Source: a virus
Taxonomy: Duplodnaviria; Caudoviricetes
Length of the DNA stretch: 64,000 nucleotides
Direction: 5' to 3' (one strand)
Virus record (IMG/VR): IMGVR_UViG_3300026549_000029
Coordinates: 32,001-96,000 of that record
The first letter of the stretch is position 1, and each line of letters starts with the position of its first letter. The notes beneath the pieces were generated by a model. That model did no database searches, was not told the DNA's origin, and saw nothing but the letters and a program-made list of their open reading frames with translations. The position numbers and the translations under genes were made by a program. Shown here one piece after another: positions 40,515 through 50,253 of this stretch.

Positions 40515-41000
40515 ATGGATGCGAATAAGATCAATTTAGATTCTGGATCTTTAAAGGTTTGTACTTATAAAAAAGAAGGTATTACTCCTGAAACTAGAGT
40601 AAGACCTGTTATTTATGATATTTATAATCATTCTGATTATGAAGGAAATATTAATCTTATTATGAAAGCTTCTATTAAAGAAGGACATAGTATTGAAGAT
40701 CTTCTTAAAGAATATATTAAAAAAGAATATGATAAAGAATCTTTAGTTATTGTAATTGCAGGAACTTTATCTGCTATTCCTGAAGCTGGATCTATACTAG
40801 AAGGGTTAGATGGTATTAGAATTGAAAAAGAACATCTTTACAAAGCTGATTTCTGGAATATTCTGTTTAATCCTATTGCTACAAAGTCTTCTAGTAATTC
40901 TGATATCTGTATTTATATTGATAATTTCTCTGATGAAAATTTTATTAAGAAAAATATTGGTACTATTGAAGAAGGAAAACTTATTAAGATTCTTAAATAA
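40515..41000 (+). CDS. hypothetical protein
   Basis: ORF in operon. Confidence 0.7.
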   Translation: MDANKINLDSGSLKVCTYKKEGITPETRVRPVIYDIYNHSDYEGNINLIMKASIKEGHSIEDLLKEYIKKEYDKESLVIVIAGTLSAIPEAGSILEGLDGIRIEKEHLYKADFWNILFNPIATKSSSNSDICIYIDNFSDENFIKKNIGTIEEGKLIKILK

Positions 41001-41020
41001 TATAAAGGAGAAAATAAATT

Positions 41021-41389
41021 ATGGAAAATGAGAATATTAAAGTTGTAAAAGAAAATAAGAATGAAATCAATAATGAAGAACAGTCTGCTACTAGTGCTGC
41101 ACCTAATCGGGTTATTCATAATATTACTGTTGAAGTAGCTAAAGGTGGTTGGTATCATGATATCTTTGTAGCAGAAAATTTTAAGATTACTAGAGATGAT
41201 GGAGAAGTAATCGATTTTAAAGCTGATACTGTAGAAAATGGTTTAGTGATTCCTATGTTTAAACCCGATGGAACTCCTTATTATCAGCTTATTGATTTTG
41301 AAACTCTTGATTATATTATTGAACAGTTTTTCCAGACTAGAATTTTTAAGGATAGAATGATGATGGTTCCTCCTCTTCCTATTAAGTAA
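41021..41389 (+). CDS. small protein, distant member of the VEEGLLIP family
   Basis: TVENGLVIPMF...YQLIDFETL. Confidence 0.65.
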   Translation: MENENIKVVKENKNEINNEEQSATSAAPNRVIHNITVEVAKGGWYHDIFVAENFKITRDDGEVIDFKADTVENGLVIPMFKPDGTPYYQLIDFETLDYIIEQFFQTRIFKDRMMMVPPLPIK

Positions 41390-41405
41390 GAGAGGTATTT
41401 CTATA

Positions 41406-43778
41406 ATGGCAGAGAAAATACTTAAACATATTGCTCATGATCAGTACATATCTGATTTAGCATTATATACTCTAGCTGTTAACTTAGTTAGAGCATTACC
41501 AGATGTAAGAGATGGTTTAAAACCTGTTACTAGAAGAATTATTTATACTTTATTAAATGATGAAAAAGCTATATATCCTAAGACTATTAAGTCTCAAAAA
41601 GTGGATGGTGATGTTATGGGTAATTATCATCCACATGGTAGTTCTTATCCATCATTTAAGACTTTAGTAAATTATTTTGAAATTAAAACTCCAATAGTAT
41701 ATGGTCAAGGTGGCTGGGGATCTGTAGCAGGTGGACCTCCATCAGCAGCAAGATATACAGAATGTGCACTTAATCAATTTGGATTAGAGTGTGTATGTGG
41801 AGCTCTTGCTAATAATAAAGAAGTAGTAGATTGGAATCCTACTTATAATAATATGGGATATGAACCTCAGTATTTACCAGTAAAAGTTCCATTATTATTG
41901 ATTAATGGTATTCTTGGTGGTATTGGTACTGGAGTAAAAGCTGATTTACCTTCTCATTGTATTAATGAAGTTATTGATGCTACTTTAAGATTAATTGATA
42001 ATCCTAAGAGTCCTGTAGTATTAATTCCAGATCATTGTTTACCTTGTGATATTATCGATACAGATTGGGTAAATATCTGTAATAAAGGTCAGGGTAATTA
42101 TAGAGCTAGAGCTACTATGGAAGTTTCTTATGATAAGAATGATTATCCATATATTACTATTACATCTCTTCCTTCTTATGGTACTTCTAATGTAGTAGCA
42201 AAGATAGAAGAAGGGATAAATAATGGTAAATTTCCTCAGATACTAGACATAAATGATGAATCTAAGAATGAATATGGAGTTAGGATTGTAATTAAGCTTA
42301 AGAAAGGTACTGATGTTAATTTTGTTAAAGAGGCTTTATTTAAATATAGTCCTTGTGAACAATCTTTTAGAGTAAATTTTGAAGTTGTATTAGGAACAGA
42401 ATTAGTAAGATTATCTTATAAAGAATATCTTAAATTATTTATTCAATTTGCTATAAATAATAAGATTAAAGAATATGCAGCAAGAAATTATGTAGTGGCG
42501 ACAAGATTGCATAGACTTGATGCATTTATTAAAATTGTAGGTTCTAAAGATATAGATAAAATTATAGATTTAATTAAGAAAAGAAAAGAATCTACAGATA
42601 ATGAATTAATTGAGTTATTAATAAAGAAATATGGATTGACCAATATTCAAGCATCTTATATTATTAATGCTCAAATTAAGCAATTATCTAAAGGATATTT
42701 ATCCAAATATAAAGAGGAATTTGATAAATTATCTAAAGAAGAAAAATGGTTAGAAGATAGATTATCAGATGATACGCTTATATTAGGTGATGTAAAAGAA
42801 GAATTAATTGCTATTAAAAAGAAATATGGTAGGAATAGAATATGCAAAGTTATTAAAGTAAGCAACTTAGGTAATATTCCAGAAGGTAATTTTAAAATAG
42901 TTATTACTGAAAATAACTATGTTAGAAAACTTATGGAAAATGATCCTGTAAATATTGTTAAAGGAGATAGACCTAAGTTTGTTATCAATGTAAGTAATTT
43001 AGAGAATCTAATCTTATTTGATAATAAGGGAAGAGTGTTTAAATTACCTATACATAAGATTCCTATCATATCTAAATCAGATCCTGGTATTGATATAAAA
43101 GGAGTATTGAAAGGTTTAACAGCAGATATTATATCTGTTATATATGAACCTCAATTAATTACTTTATCTAAGCTCAGACAGAAAATCTATATTGCTATAC
43201 TATCTAAAAATAATACTCTAAAGAAGCTTGATATACAAGATTTTCTTAATGTACCTCCAAGTGGAATTATATATTCTAAGATAAATCAAGATGATGATAT
43301 AGTAAGTGTCCAAATTATTTCTGATAATATGGATCTTATTCTATATAGTTACGATAAAGCTCTTAGAATATCTACTAAAGATATAGCATTACTGAAGAGA
43401 AATACTATTGGAACTTTAGGAATGGGAGGTAAACATGGTCCATTAGAAGGGATGAGTATTATTTATACAGATAAGAATCCTACTAAATATATTTTAGTGG
43501 TAACAGAATCTGGAAAAATAAATAAATTTCTTGCTAGTGGATTTGAGAGATCTCAAAGAAATAAAGCTGGTAGTAGAGTAATAGATCTTGGTAAGAATGA
43601 CAAGATCTATAAATTATTTGGAGTTACAGATAAAGATACTTTAGTAATTACAACTACAGCAAATAAGTTGCAATTAAAAGTAAAAGATATTACTTTAGCT
43701 TCTTCTATAAGTAAAGGAGAAAAAATAATCAATACTAAATCTGATATAATTTTAAAAGCGGAAATTATTAGTGAATAA
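41406..43778 (+). CDS. gyrA: type IIA topoisomerase A subunit with C-terminal beta-pinwheel
   Basis: RALPDVRDGLKPVTRRI, YHPHG, SAARYT, PLLLING; C-terminal repeat blades. Confidence 0.95.
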   Translation: MAEKILKHIAHDQYISDLALYTLAVNLVRALPDVRDGLKPVTRRIIYTLLNDEKAIYPKTIKSQKVDGDVMGNYHPHGSSYPSFKTLVNYFEIKTPIVYGQGGWGSVAGGPPSAARYTECALNQFGLECVCGALANNKEVVDWNPTYNNMGYEPQYLPVKVPLLLINGILGGIGTGVKADLPSHCINEVIDATLRLIDNPKSPVVLIPDHCLPCDIIDTDWVNICNKGQGNYRARATMEVSYDKNDYPYITITSLPSYGTSNVVAKIEEGINNGKFPQILDINDESKNEYGVRIVIKLKKGTDVNFVKEALFKYSPCEQSFRVNFEVVLGTELVRLSYKEYLKLFIQFAINNKIKEYAARNYVVATRLHRLDAFIKIVGSKDIDKIIDLIKKRKESTDNELIELLIKKYGLTNIQASYIINAQIKQLSKGYLSKYKEEFDKLSKEEKWLEDRLSDDTLILGDVKEELIAIKKKYGRNRICKVIKVSNLGNIPEGNFKIVITENNYVRKLMENDPVNIVKGDRPKFVINVSNLENLILFDNKGRVFKLPIHKIPIISKSDPGIDIKGVLKGLTADIISVIYEPQLITLSKLRQKIYIAILSKNNTLKKLDIQDFLNVPPSGIIYSKINQDDDIVSVQIISDNMDLILYSYDKALRISTKDIALLKRNTIGTLGMGGKHGPLEGMSIIYTDKNPTKYILVVTESGKINKFLASGFERSQRNKAGSRVIDLGKNDKIYKLFGVTDKDTLVITTTANKLQLKVKDITLASSISKGEKIINTKSDIILKAEIISE

Positions 43779-43784
43779 AAACGG

Positions 43785-43810
43785 GGGTAAGAGGATTAAT
43801 CCTCTTACCC
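43785..43810. terminator. bidirectional terminator
   Basis: GGGTAAGAGGA/TCCTCTTACCC. Confidence 0.8.
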
Positions 43811-43838
43811 TTAATTATATTTTTTTTACTCTTATTTA

Positions 43839-43973
43839 TTATGCATTCCCATTAGGAATAGACTTAAGATAATTTGCCTGAGCAGTAGTAATCCACTTTT
43901 TTGCAAGAGCTTTATCAACTTCAGCATCAGTAAGATTTCCTTTTCTACGCATTCTAAGAAGAGTATTATACAT
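43839..43973 (-). CDS. 44-aa XkdX-like protein (not in ORF track)
   Basis: AGGAGG RBS; MYNTLLRMRRKGNLTDAEVDKALAKKWITTAQANYL. Confidence 0.7.
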   Translation of the reverse strand: MYNTLLRMRRKGNLTDAEVDKALAKKWITTAQANYLKSIPNGNA

Positions 43974-44032
43974 ATTAAAAATCCTCCTTATAAGATCGAT
44001 CTATATAGTATATCGGATATTAATTATGAAAA

Positions 44033-44482
44033 TTATTCAGTGGGTTCCTGGTTAGGATCAACCTCAGGTTCAGATTCATCTTCAGGGAAAAGTTTTTCAT
44101 CACCAAAGATAATAGCAAGAATATCATCAACAACCTCTTCAAGATCTGCAAGTCTTTCATCAATACTCTTCTTAATGCAGACAATTATGAATGCAGTATT
44201 GATAATTTCTTCACCAGTTTCAGGATCAATACCATTACTATACTGAGGAAGCTTAGCAACTTCTTTAATTGCAGTATAGCCATAATACTTAGCAATATAA
44301 GAAGTATCATCACCCTTACCAAGAACAACATCAAATTCATCTACACCAGAAAATGCAGATTCAATTTCTTCAAGAGTTTTATTATTGCAAATAATAGTAA
44401 AAGATATAGAGCTTTCATCACCAGTATATCCATTATCTGCAAGAGTAAACTCATAGCCATTTGATAAAACAACTTTCGACAT
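44033..44482 (-). CDS. tail-fibre-associated chaperone-like protein
   Basis: Acidic; ends SIDERLADLEEVVDDIL; upstream of the XkdX-like gene. Confidence 0.55.
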   Translation of the reverse strand: MSKVVLSNGYEFTLADNGYTGDESSISFTIICNNKTLEEIESAFSGVDEFDVVLGKGDDTSYIAKYYGYTAIKEVAKLPQYSNGIDPETGEEIINTAFIIVCIKKSIDERLADLEEVVDDILAIIFGDEKLFPEDESEPEVDPNQEPTE

Positions 44483-44551
44483 AATTATGTCCTCCTTAAA
44501 TAATTTAAAAACATGTTTTTAGATTTTAGAAAGGATTTAACTTGATAAAAT

Positions 44552-45544
44552 ATGGTAAGTAATATAGAAATGATTCTAAAACTAATGGAACAAGATCTAA
44601 ATGAATACCAATTAGCTAAGCTCAAAAATGTTTTAGAAATCATTCTTAAAACTACTAGAAACTCTCTACCAAATGAAGAATTGATAGACAGATTCATACA
44701 AAATAAAAAATTAGTTGGACTTTCTCAATCTTCTATAGTTCATTATACTGGTGAAGCCCGTAGATTAGCAGCTTATTACCCTAATAGAAATCTAACAGAA
44801 CTTACTACAGCAGATATAAAAGATTATTTATCTGAATATGTTGCAGAACGTAATTTACAGGCAAGCACTACTCAAACTATGGTAAGATTTCTATCAGCAT
44901 TTTATGATTTTCTTGTAAATGAAGAGTATATAGAAAGAAATCCTTGCCATAGAATAGAAAAAATTATAGTAGAAAAGAAGATTAAAAAAGCTTTTACAGA
45001 AGAAGATATAGAAGCATTAAGAAATGCTTGTACTACTTCTAGAGATAGAGCTTTTCTAGAATTTCTTTATTCTACAGGCTGTAGAATATCAGAGACATTA
45101 AGCCTAAAAGTACAAGATATTGATTTCTCAGAAGGAGAAATTATTGTGTTTGGTAAAGGTCATAAAGAGAGAATAGTATATTTATCAAATATTTGTATGG
45201 AATGGTTAAAAATATATTTAACTCAGAGAAATGCTCAACCTGAAGAACCATTGTTTAGTCATTTAGATTCTCCTAAAAAGAAATTAACTGTAAGAGCAGC
45301 ACAACTTATTTTAAAAGATTTAGGTCTCAAAAGTGGTGTTGATAATGTACATCCTCATAGATTCAGACGTACTATGGCAACACATGCTATGGATAAAGGT
45401 ATGCCTATTGAACAGATTAAAGAACTTTTAGGTCATTCTAAATTAGATACAACAATGATTTATTGTAATGTGAATGCTGGGAAAGTTAAAGCTAGTTTTA
45501 AAAATATATTTAATGATAATGATCCTTTTAATAATAAAAATTAA
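44552..45544 (+). CDS. tyrosine recombinase (XerC/D-like)
   Basis: RDRAFLEFLYSTGCRISE, GKGHKER, HPHRFRRT, LLGH..LDTTMIY; catalytic R-K-H-R-H-Y intact. Confidence 0.95.
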   Translation: MVSNIEMILKLMEQDLNEYQLAKLKNVLEIILKTTRNSLPNEELIDRFIQNKKLVGLSQSSIVHYTGEARRLAAYYPNRNLTELTTADIKDYLSEYVAERNLQASTTQTMVRFLSAFYDFLVNEEYIERNPCHRIEKIIVEKKIKKAFTEEDIEALRNACTTSRDRAFLEFLYSTGCRISETLSLKVQDIDFSEGEIIVFGKGHKERIVYLSNICMEWLKIYLTQRNAQPEEPLFSHLDSPKKKLTVRAAQLILKDLGLKSGVDNVHPHRFRRTMATHAMDKGMPIEQIKELLGHSKLDTTMIYCNVNAGKVKASFKNIFNDNDPFNNKN

Positions 45545-45583
45545 TTTTAATAACTATATATTGTGAGATTTTGACTTTAACAG

Positions 45584-45674
45584 TTATATAAAGTACTCAT
45601 TTATGGTGCTGAGGTGGGTGCTTTGTATGGTTCAATTACTTGTTTCTTGTCCATACTCATGATTCATTTTTATT
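45584..45674 (+). repeat. imperfect direct repeat copy 1 / candidate sRNA
   Basis: ~90 bp matching 48606-48698. Confidence 0.85.
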
Positions 45675-45683
45675 TTCTCCAGA

Positions 45684-45707
45684 GCTAGGTTCCATATGGA
45701 ACCTAGC
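45684..45707 (+). terminator. intrinsic terminator
   Basis: GCTAGGTTCCAT/ATGGAACCTAGC followed by a T-rich tract. Confidence 0.75.
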
Positions 45708-45779
45708 ATTTATTTTTAAAAAAATAAAAATAAATATTATAATATTAATATATGGTATTAATATTATTTAAAAGGAGAA

Positions 45780-48554
45780 ATGGAAATGAATACAGAGAAA
45801 AAGAAATTAGAACTTTATGAACATAATCTTGAAGCTTATAATGAACTTATTAATTTTATAAATAATAATAAAAATAATAAGATTTGTATTATACGTCCTA
45901 CTGGAACAGGTAAAGCTTTTATTGAACTTAAATTTATTGAAGAAAATATTGATAAAAAGTTTCTTCATATTACATCTTATACAGAAAATCTTAATCAGTT
46001 TAAAAGATATGTAGATGAATATCTTGATAATCCTAATATTGTATATTCTACATATGCTGGATTAAAAAATATCTGTAATGATTATGAAGATTATTTTGAT
46101 TATATTATAACAGATGAATTTCATCATATTGGAGCTCCTAAATGGACAGCATCTCTTAATAAATTATCCAATCAGAATCCAAATGCAACTATTATAGGAT
46201 TATCTGCTACGGAAAAAAGATATTCTGATATTACTATAAATGGTACACCTAGAGATGTATCAGAAGAGTATTTTAATAATAATATAATAGCAAATTTATC
46301 ATTAAGTGATGCTATTATGAATGGTATATTACCTGTACCAAATTATATTTATGGTATAATTAATATTGTTGAAATACTTAATAATTGTAAAAATGACAAA
46401 AATCTTTATAAAAATGCTAAGAAAAATATCGAAAAAAAGATTAATAATATTAAAAGTGTAATAAATGAAAATATTAAAAGAAAAAATGGAAAATATATAA
46501 TTTTCTGTAGAAATATAGAGCATAAAGAATCTGTAAAGTATGAAGCATTATCCGAATGGTTTATAGATTTTAATGTATCTGTATATGATATTGATTCTAC
46601 TAAATCAGTAAAAAAGAATAGAGAAAATATAGATAATTTTATAAATAATAATGATGATACTCTTAAATTATTATTTAGTGTAAATATGTTAAATGAAGGA
46701 GTTCATATAAAAGGTGTAGATGGTGTAATACTTAGTAGATATACAGAAAGTAATAATGTATATTTTCAGCAGATTGGACGGGCATTATCATCTGATTATA
46801 TAGAATATAATAATCAGAATCCTGTAATAATAGATCTTGTTAATAATATTAAAAATATTGCTAATATTGTAGATTTTTGGATTCCTTTATATAATAATTT
46901 AAAAGAAATTAATAGAATTAGTGAAAAAGAATGTGAATCATTATTTATGCTTAAATTTAATTCTTTAAATAGTAATTTATTAATTGAATTATTTAATTTT
47001 ATTAATAAAATTAAAATAAAGCCTATAGAAGAATGGTTTAAAGAATTAGATAAGTTTTATGAAAAAAATGGTAGGTATCCTAAGACTAATGAAGGAAGTA
47101 TAGGACATTGGCTTAATGACATTAAAGTAAAAGCAAGACAAGGTAAAGCATCAGATTATATTTTATCTGAACTTGAAAAAAGAGGAATTAATTTAGATTT
47201 TAAAATTAAATCTACAAAAGAACGATTTAAAGAATTAGATAAGTTTTATGAAGAAAATGGTAGGTATCCTAAAAAAAGAGATGGAAGTATAGGAGAATGG
47301 TTTATAGATATTAAAGTAAAAGCAAGACAAGGTAAAGCATCAGATTATATTTTATCTGAACTTGAAAAAAGAAATATTAATTTAAATACTATATATGCTA
47401 AAGCTAAATCTATGGAAGAATGGTTTAAAGAATTAGATAAGTTTTATGAAGAAAATGGTAGATATCCTAATACTAAAGATAAAAGTATGGGAAATTGGTT
47501 TAAAGATATTAAAGTAAAAGCAAGACAAGGTAAAGCATCAGATTATATTTTATCTGAACTTGAAAAAAGAGGAATTAATTTTAGTAGTAAGTGTAAATCC
47601 ATAGAAGAATGGTTTAAAGAATTAGATAAGTTTTATGAAGAAGATGGTAGGTATCCTAAAGAAAGAGATGGAAGTATAGGAGAATGGTTTAAAAATATTA
47701 AAGTAAAAGCAAGACAAGGTAAAGCATCAGATTATATTTTATCTGAACTTGAAAAAAGAAATATTAATTTAAATATAATACGTACTAGTATTAGAGGTAG
47801 ATCTATAGAAGAATGGTTTAAAGAATTAGATAAGTTTTATGAAGAAAATGATAGATATCCAAATACTAATGATGGAAGTATAGGAAGTTGGCTTAAAAAG
47901 ATTAAAGTAAAAGCAAGACAAGGTAAAGCATCAGATTATATTTTATCTGAACTTGAAAAAAGAAATATTAGTATAATCTCTTTAATAATAGATGATAAGC
48001 TTATAGAATTAGATAAATTCTATAAAGAAAATGGTAGATATCCTGAATGGAATGAAGGAAAAATAGGACAATGGCTTTTAAGTACTAAAACTAGAATAAA
48101 ACATGGTAAAGCATCAGATTATATTTTATCTGAACTTGAAAAAAGAGGAATAAATACTAATAATAAATATAAATCTGCAGAAGAGCAATTTATAGAATTT
48201 GATAAATTCTATAAAGAAAATTATAGATATCCTAGAGCTAAAGACGGAGAAATAGGAAGGTGGTTTTTAAATACTATTAATAGAGTAAAACAAGGTAAAG
48301 CATCAGATTATGTTTTATCTGAACTTGAAAAAAGAAATATTAGTTTAAATTCTAAAATTAGATCTGCAGAAGAGCGATTTATAGAATTGGATAAGTTTTA
48401 TGAAAAGAATGGTAGATATCCTAAGACTAATGAAGGAGGTATAGGAGGTTGGCTTAGAGATATTAGAGCAGATGTAAGACAAGGTAAAGCATCAGATTAT
48501 ATTTTATCTGAACTTGAAAAAAGAGGAATTAAATCTAATAAAAAAAGAAAATAA
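45780..48554 (+). CDS. SF2 DExH helicase with 8 C-terminal helicase-associated (HA-like) repeats
   Basis: LYEHN, PTGTGKA, DEFHH, GLSAT, VNMLNEGV, QQIGRAL; ~63-aa repeats ELDKFY..NGRYP....IG.W...K...G.ASDYILSELEKR. Confidence 0.9.
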   Translation: MEMNTEKKKLELYEHNLEAYNELINFINNNKNNKICIIRPTGTGKAFIELKFIEENIDKKFLHITSYTENLNQFKRYVDEYLDNPNIVYSTYAGLKNICNDYEDYFDYIITDEFHHIGAPKWTASLNKLSNQNPNATIIGLSATEKRYSDITINGTPRDVSEEYFNNNIIANLSLSDAIMNGILPVPNYIYGIINIVEILNNCKNDKNLYKNAKKNIEKKINNIKSVINENIKRKNGKYIIFCRNIEHKESVKYEALSEWFIDFNVSVYDIDSTKSVKKNRENIDNFINNNDDTLKLLFSVNMLNEGVHIKGVDGVILSRYTESNNVYFQQIGRALSSDYIEYNNQNPVIIDLVNNIKNIANIVDFWIPLYNNLKEINRISEKECESLFMLKFNSLNSNLLIELFNFINKIKIKPIEEWFKELDKFYEKNGRYPKTNEGSIGHWLNDIKVKARQGKASDYILSELEKRGINLDFKIKSTKERFKELDKFYEENGRYPKKRDGSIGEWFIDIKVKARQGKASDYILSELEKRNINLNTIYAKAKSMEEWFKELDKFYEENGRYPNTKDKSMGNWFKDIKVKARQGKASDYILSELEKRGINFSSKCKSIEEWFKELDKFYEEDGRYPKERDGSIGEWFKNIKVKARQGKASDYILSELEKRNINLNIIRTSIRGRSIEEWFKELDKFYEENDRYPNTNDGSIGSWLKKIKVKARQGKASDYILSELEKRNISIISLIIDDKLIELDKFYKENGRYPEWNEGKIGQWLLSTKTRIKHGKASDYILSELEKRGINTNNKYKSAEEQFIEFDKFYKENYRYPRAKDGEIGRWFLNTINRVKQGKASDYVLSELEKRNISLNSKIRSAEERFIELDKFYEKNGRYPKTNEGGIGGWLRDIRADVRQGKASDYILSELEKRGIKSNKKRK
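47020..48535 (+). repeat. 8 tandem ~190-bp intragenic repeats
   Basis: Near-identical core GGTAAAGCATCAGATTAT(A/G)TTTTATCTGAACTTGAAAAAAGA in every unit. Confidence 0.95.
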
Positions 48555-48605
48555 AAAATAAAGAGGGATTTCTCCCTCTTTATTTTTTTTAATATTCTCT
48601 TTTCT

Positions 48606-48698
48606 TTATATAAAGTATTCATTTATAATACTGAGGTGGGTACTTTGTATGACTCAAATACTTGTTATTTGTCCATACCCTTATGATTCATTTTTATT
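48606..48698 (+). repeat. imperfect direct repeat copy 2
   Basis: Matches 45584-45674. Confidence 0.85.
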
Positions 48699-48773
48699 AT
48701 TTTTTATTTAATAAAAATATATTATAATAATAAGAATATTAATATGATTAAAAAATAAAAGGGGAAAATTAAA

Positions 48774-48977
48774 ATGAATAAATTAGAATTGGTTACACCT
48801 TGTAAATATGAAGTTATAGCAGAATTAGGTCTTAATGATTGGAATCCTAAAAAAGTTATAGTTAAAGCTGAAACAATTAAAAAAGCTAAAATATTAGCTA
48901 GACAATATTTAAAAAATAAATATAATATAAAGAAAGTATTTTTTATTAAAATACGAAAAATAAAGGAAGGTGTTTGA
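48774..48977 (+). CDS. small early protein (paralog of 30532..30717)
   Basis: EVIAEL...IVKAETIKKAKILA. Confidence 0.65.
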   Translation: MNKLELVTPCKYEVIAELGLNDWNPKKVIVKAETIKKAKILARQYLKNKYNIKKVFFIKIRKIKEGV

Positions 48978-48994
48978 ACCTTCCTTTATTTTTT

Positions 48995-49732
48995 CTAATA
49001 TTCTCTTTCCATTCTTTTCTTTTTTCTTTCTAAACTATGAGGATTATAATAATCTTCATCTATTAAATTACTATGAATTCCGGCTCCAATTAAATAAACA
49101 TTCATAGTATTCTTAGCAATACTATCAGTCTTTTCTGTATCAATATCTTTAAAGCTTACTTCACCTTTTACACTAATAGTACTATAAGCTTCAGTCTTTG
49201 CTTTCATAGCAGCTGCTTTAATTCTAGCATATTCTTCTACAGTTCTCTCTAATCCTAAAGCTAATGCACCTTCAAACTCTTTATTAGATTCTGTACCACC
49301 TTTATCATGTGATAATAATCTACCTGTCTTCATATCCCTATTAGCAATCTCAATAGCAGTATTATTCTTTTTAGTAAGCATTTGTTTAAGTCTTTTAATA
49401 TTCATATAGCCTACTAAACATTCTTGAGATTCTATAGGTTTACCATCTTTATTTCTTGCTAAATAAGGTAACTTAACTTTTTCTATTAAAGGTTTATTAA
49501 GTACTTTAAATGCATTAATAATGTCAGGCATTTTAGGTTCATTATTAAAAGGAGATACATGATAACGGAAAGGTAATCTTCCAGATATTAATTCAGTAAA
49601 TTGTTTATCTGTCATATTAGATAATAAAGTTTGATAATATTCTGTATTAGCTCCAGTAGGATCTATAGCATCAAAAGTTCTATAAATAAGCTCTTCGCAT
49701 TGCTTTCTTTTTTCTGGAGAAATTATAGGCAT
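48995..49732 (-). CDS. multisubunit RNA polymerase beta-subunit C-terminal fragment (virion-RNAP type)
   Basis: LVGYMNIKRLKQM resembles beta VGYMYMLKLNHL; RDMKTG...DKGG..S.KE...AL.LG; NTMNVYLIGAGI. Confidence 0.8.
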   Translation of the reverse strand: MPIISPEKRKQCEELIYRTFDAIDPTGANTEYYQTLLSNMTDKQFTELISGRLPFRYHVSPFNNEPKMPDIINAFKVLNKPLIEKVKLPYLARNKDGKPIESQECLVGYMNIKRLKQMLTKKNNTAIEIANRDMKTGRLLSHDKGGTESNKEFEGALALGLERTVEEYARIKAAAMKAKTEAYSTISVKGEVSFKDIDTEKTDSIAKNTMNVYLIGAGIHSNLIDEDYYNPHSLERKKKRMEREY

Positions 49733-49786
49733 AACTAATCTCCTTTTATTATTTTTTTAAAGAAATTATTAATATAATTAATCTTA

Positions 49787-50239
49787 TTATAATTTATATG
49801 ATAAAATACAATCATTTTTTCCTTCATCAAAATCAAATTTTCCTCTTATATATTTAGCAGAATTTGTTTTAATTATATTTTTTAAAAAATGAAAAGCATC
49901 GGATGCTTTCTTTAAAAATTCTGCAAATTCTTTTTCTGATAATTCATTATTTTTATTTGTATATGTTTCGCATTTTAAAAAAGTAAATTTATTTGTATCA
50001 CAATAATCTGTAAAATCTTCATAATTATCTTTTGTTATAAAATAACCATCTGTATTTGGATATAAAATAAATGTTGTATATTTTAAATCATTTTTATATT
50101 TTTCTTTAGTTTTCTTTATAGCATCTTTAGAAATTTTTAATATAGTAGATATTTCTTTTTTACGTATAGCTGATTCATCTGAAGATTCATTAACAAGATA
50201 ATTATGTATACTAGATTCACTTAAATAAAATATAGCCAT
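49787..50239 (-). CDS. MAIF-leader protein, putative internal head protein
   Basis: MAIFYLSESSIHNYLVNES after a GGAGG RBS. Confidence 0.6.
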   Translation of the reverse strand: MAIFYLSESSIHNYLVNESSDESAIRKKEISTILKISKDAIKKTKEKYKNDLKYTTFILYPNTDGYFITKDNYEDFTDYCDTNKFTFLKCETYTNKNNELSEKEFAEFLKKASDAFHFLKNIIKTNSAKYIRGKFDFDEGKNDCILSYKL

Positions 50240-50253
50240 GATTAGTTCCTCCA

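Noticed and set aside
47020-48535. CRISPR-like array (constant repeat with variable spacers)
   Set aside because: Units are ~190 bp, in frame within a coding sequence, and the intervening parts are homologous to each other; no cas operon is present
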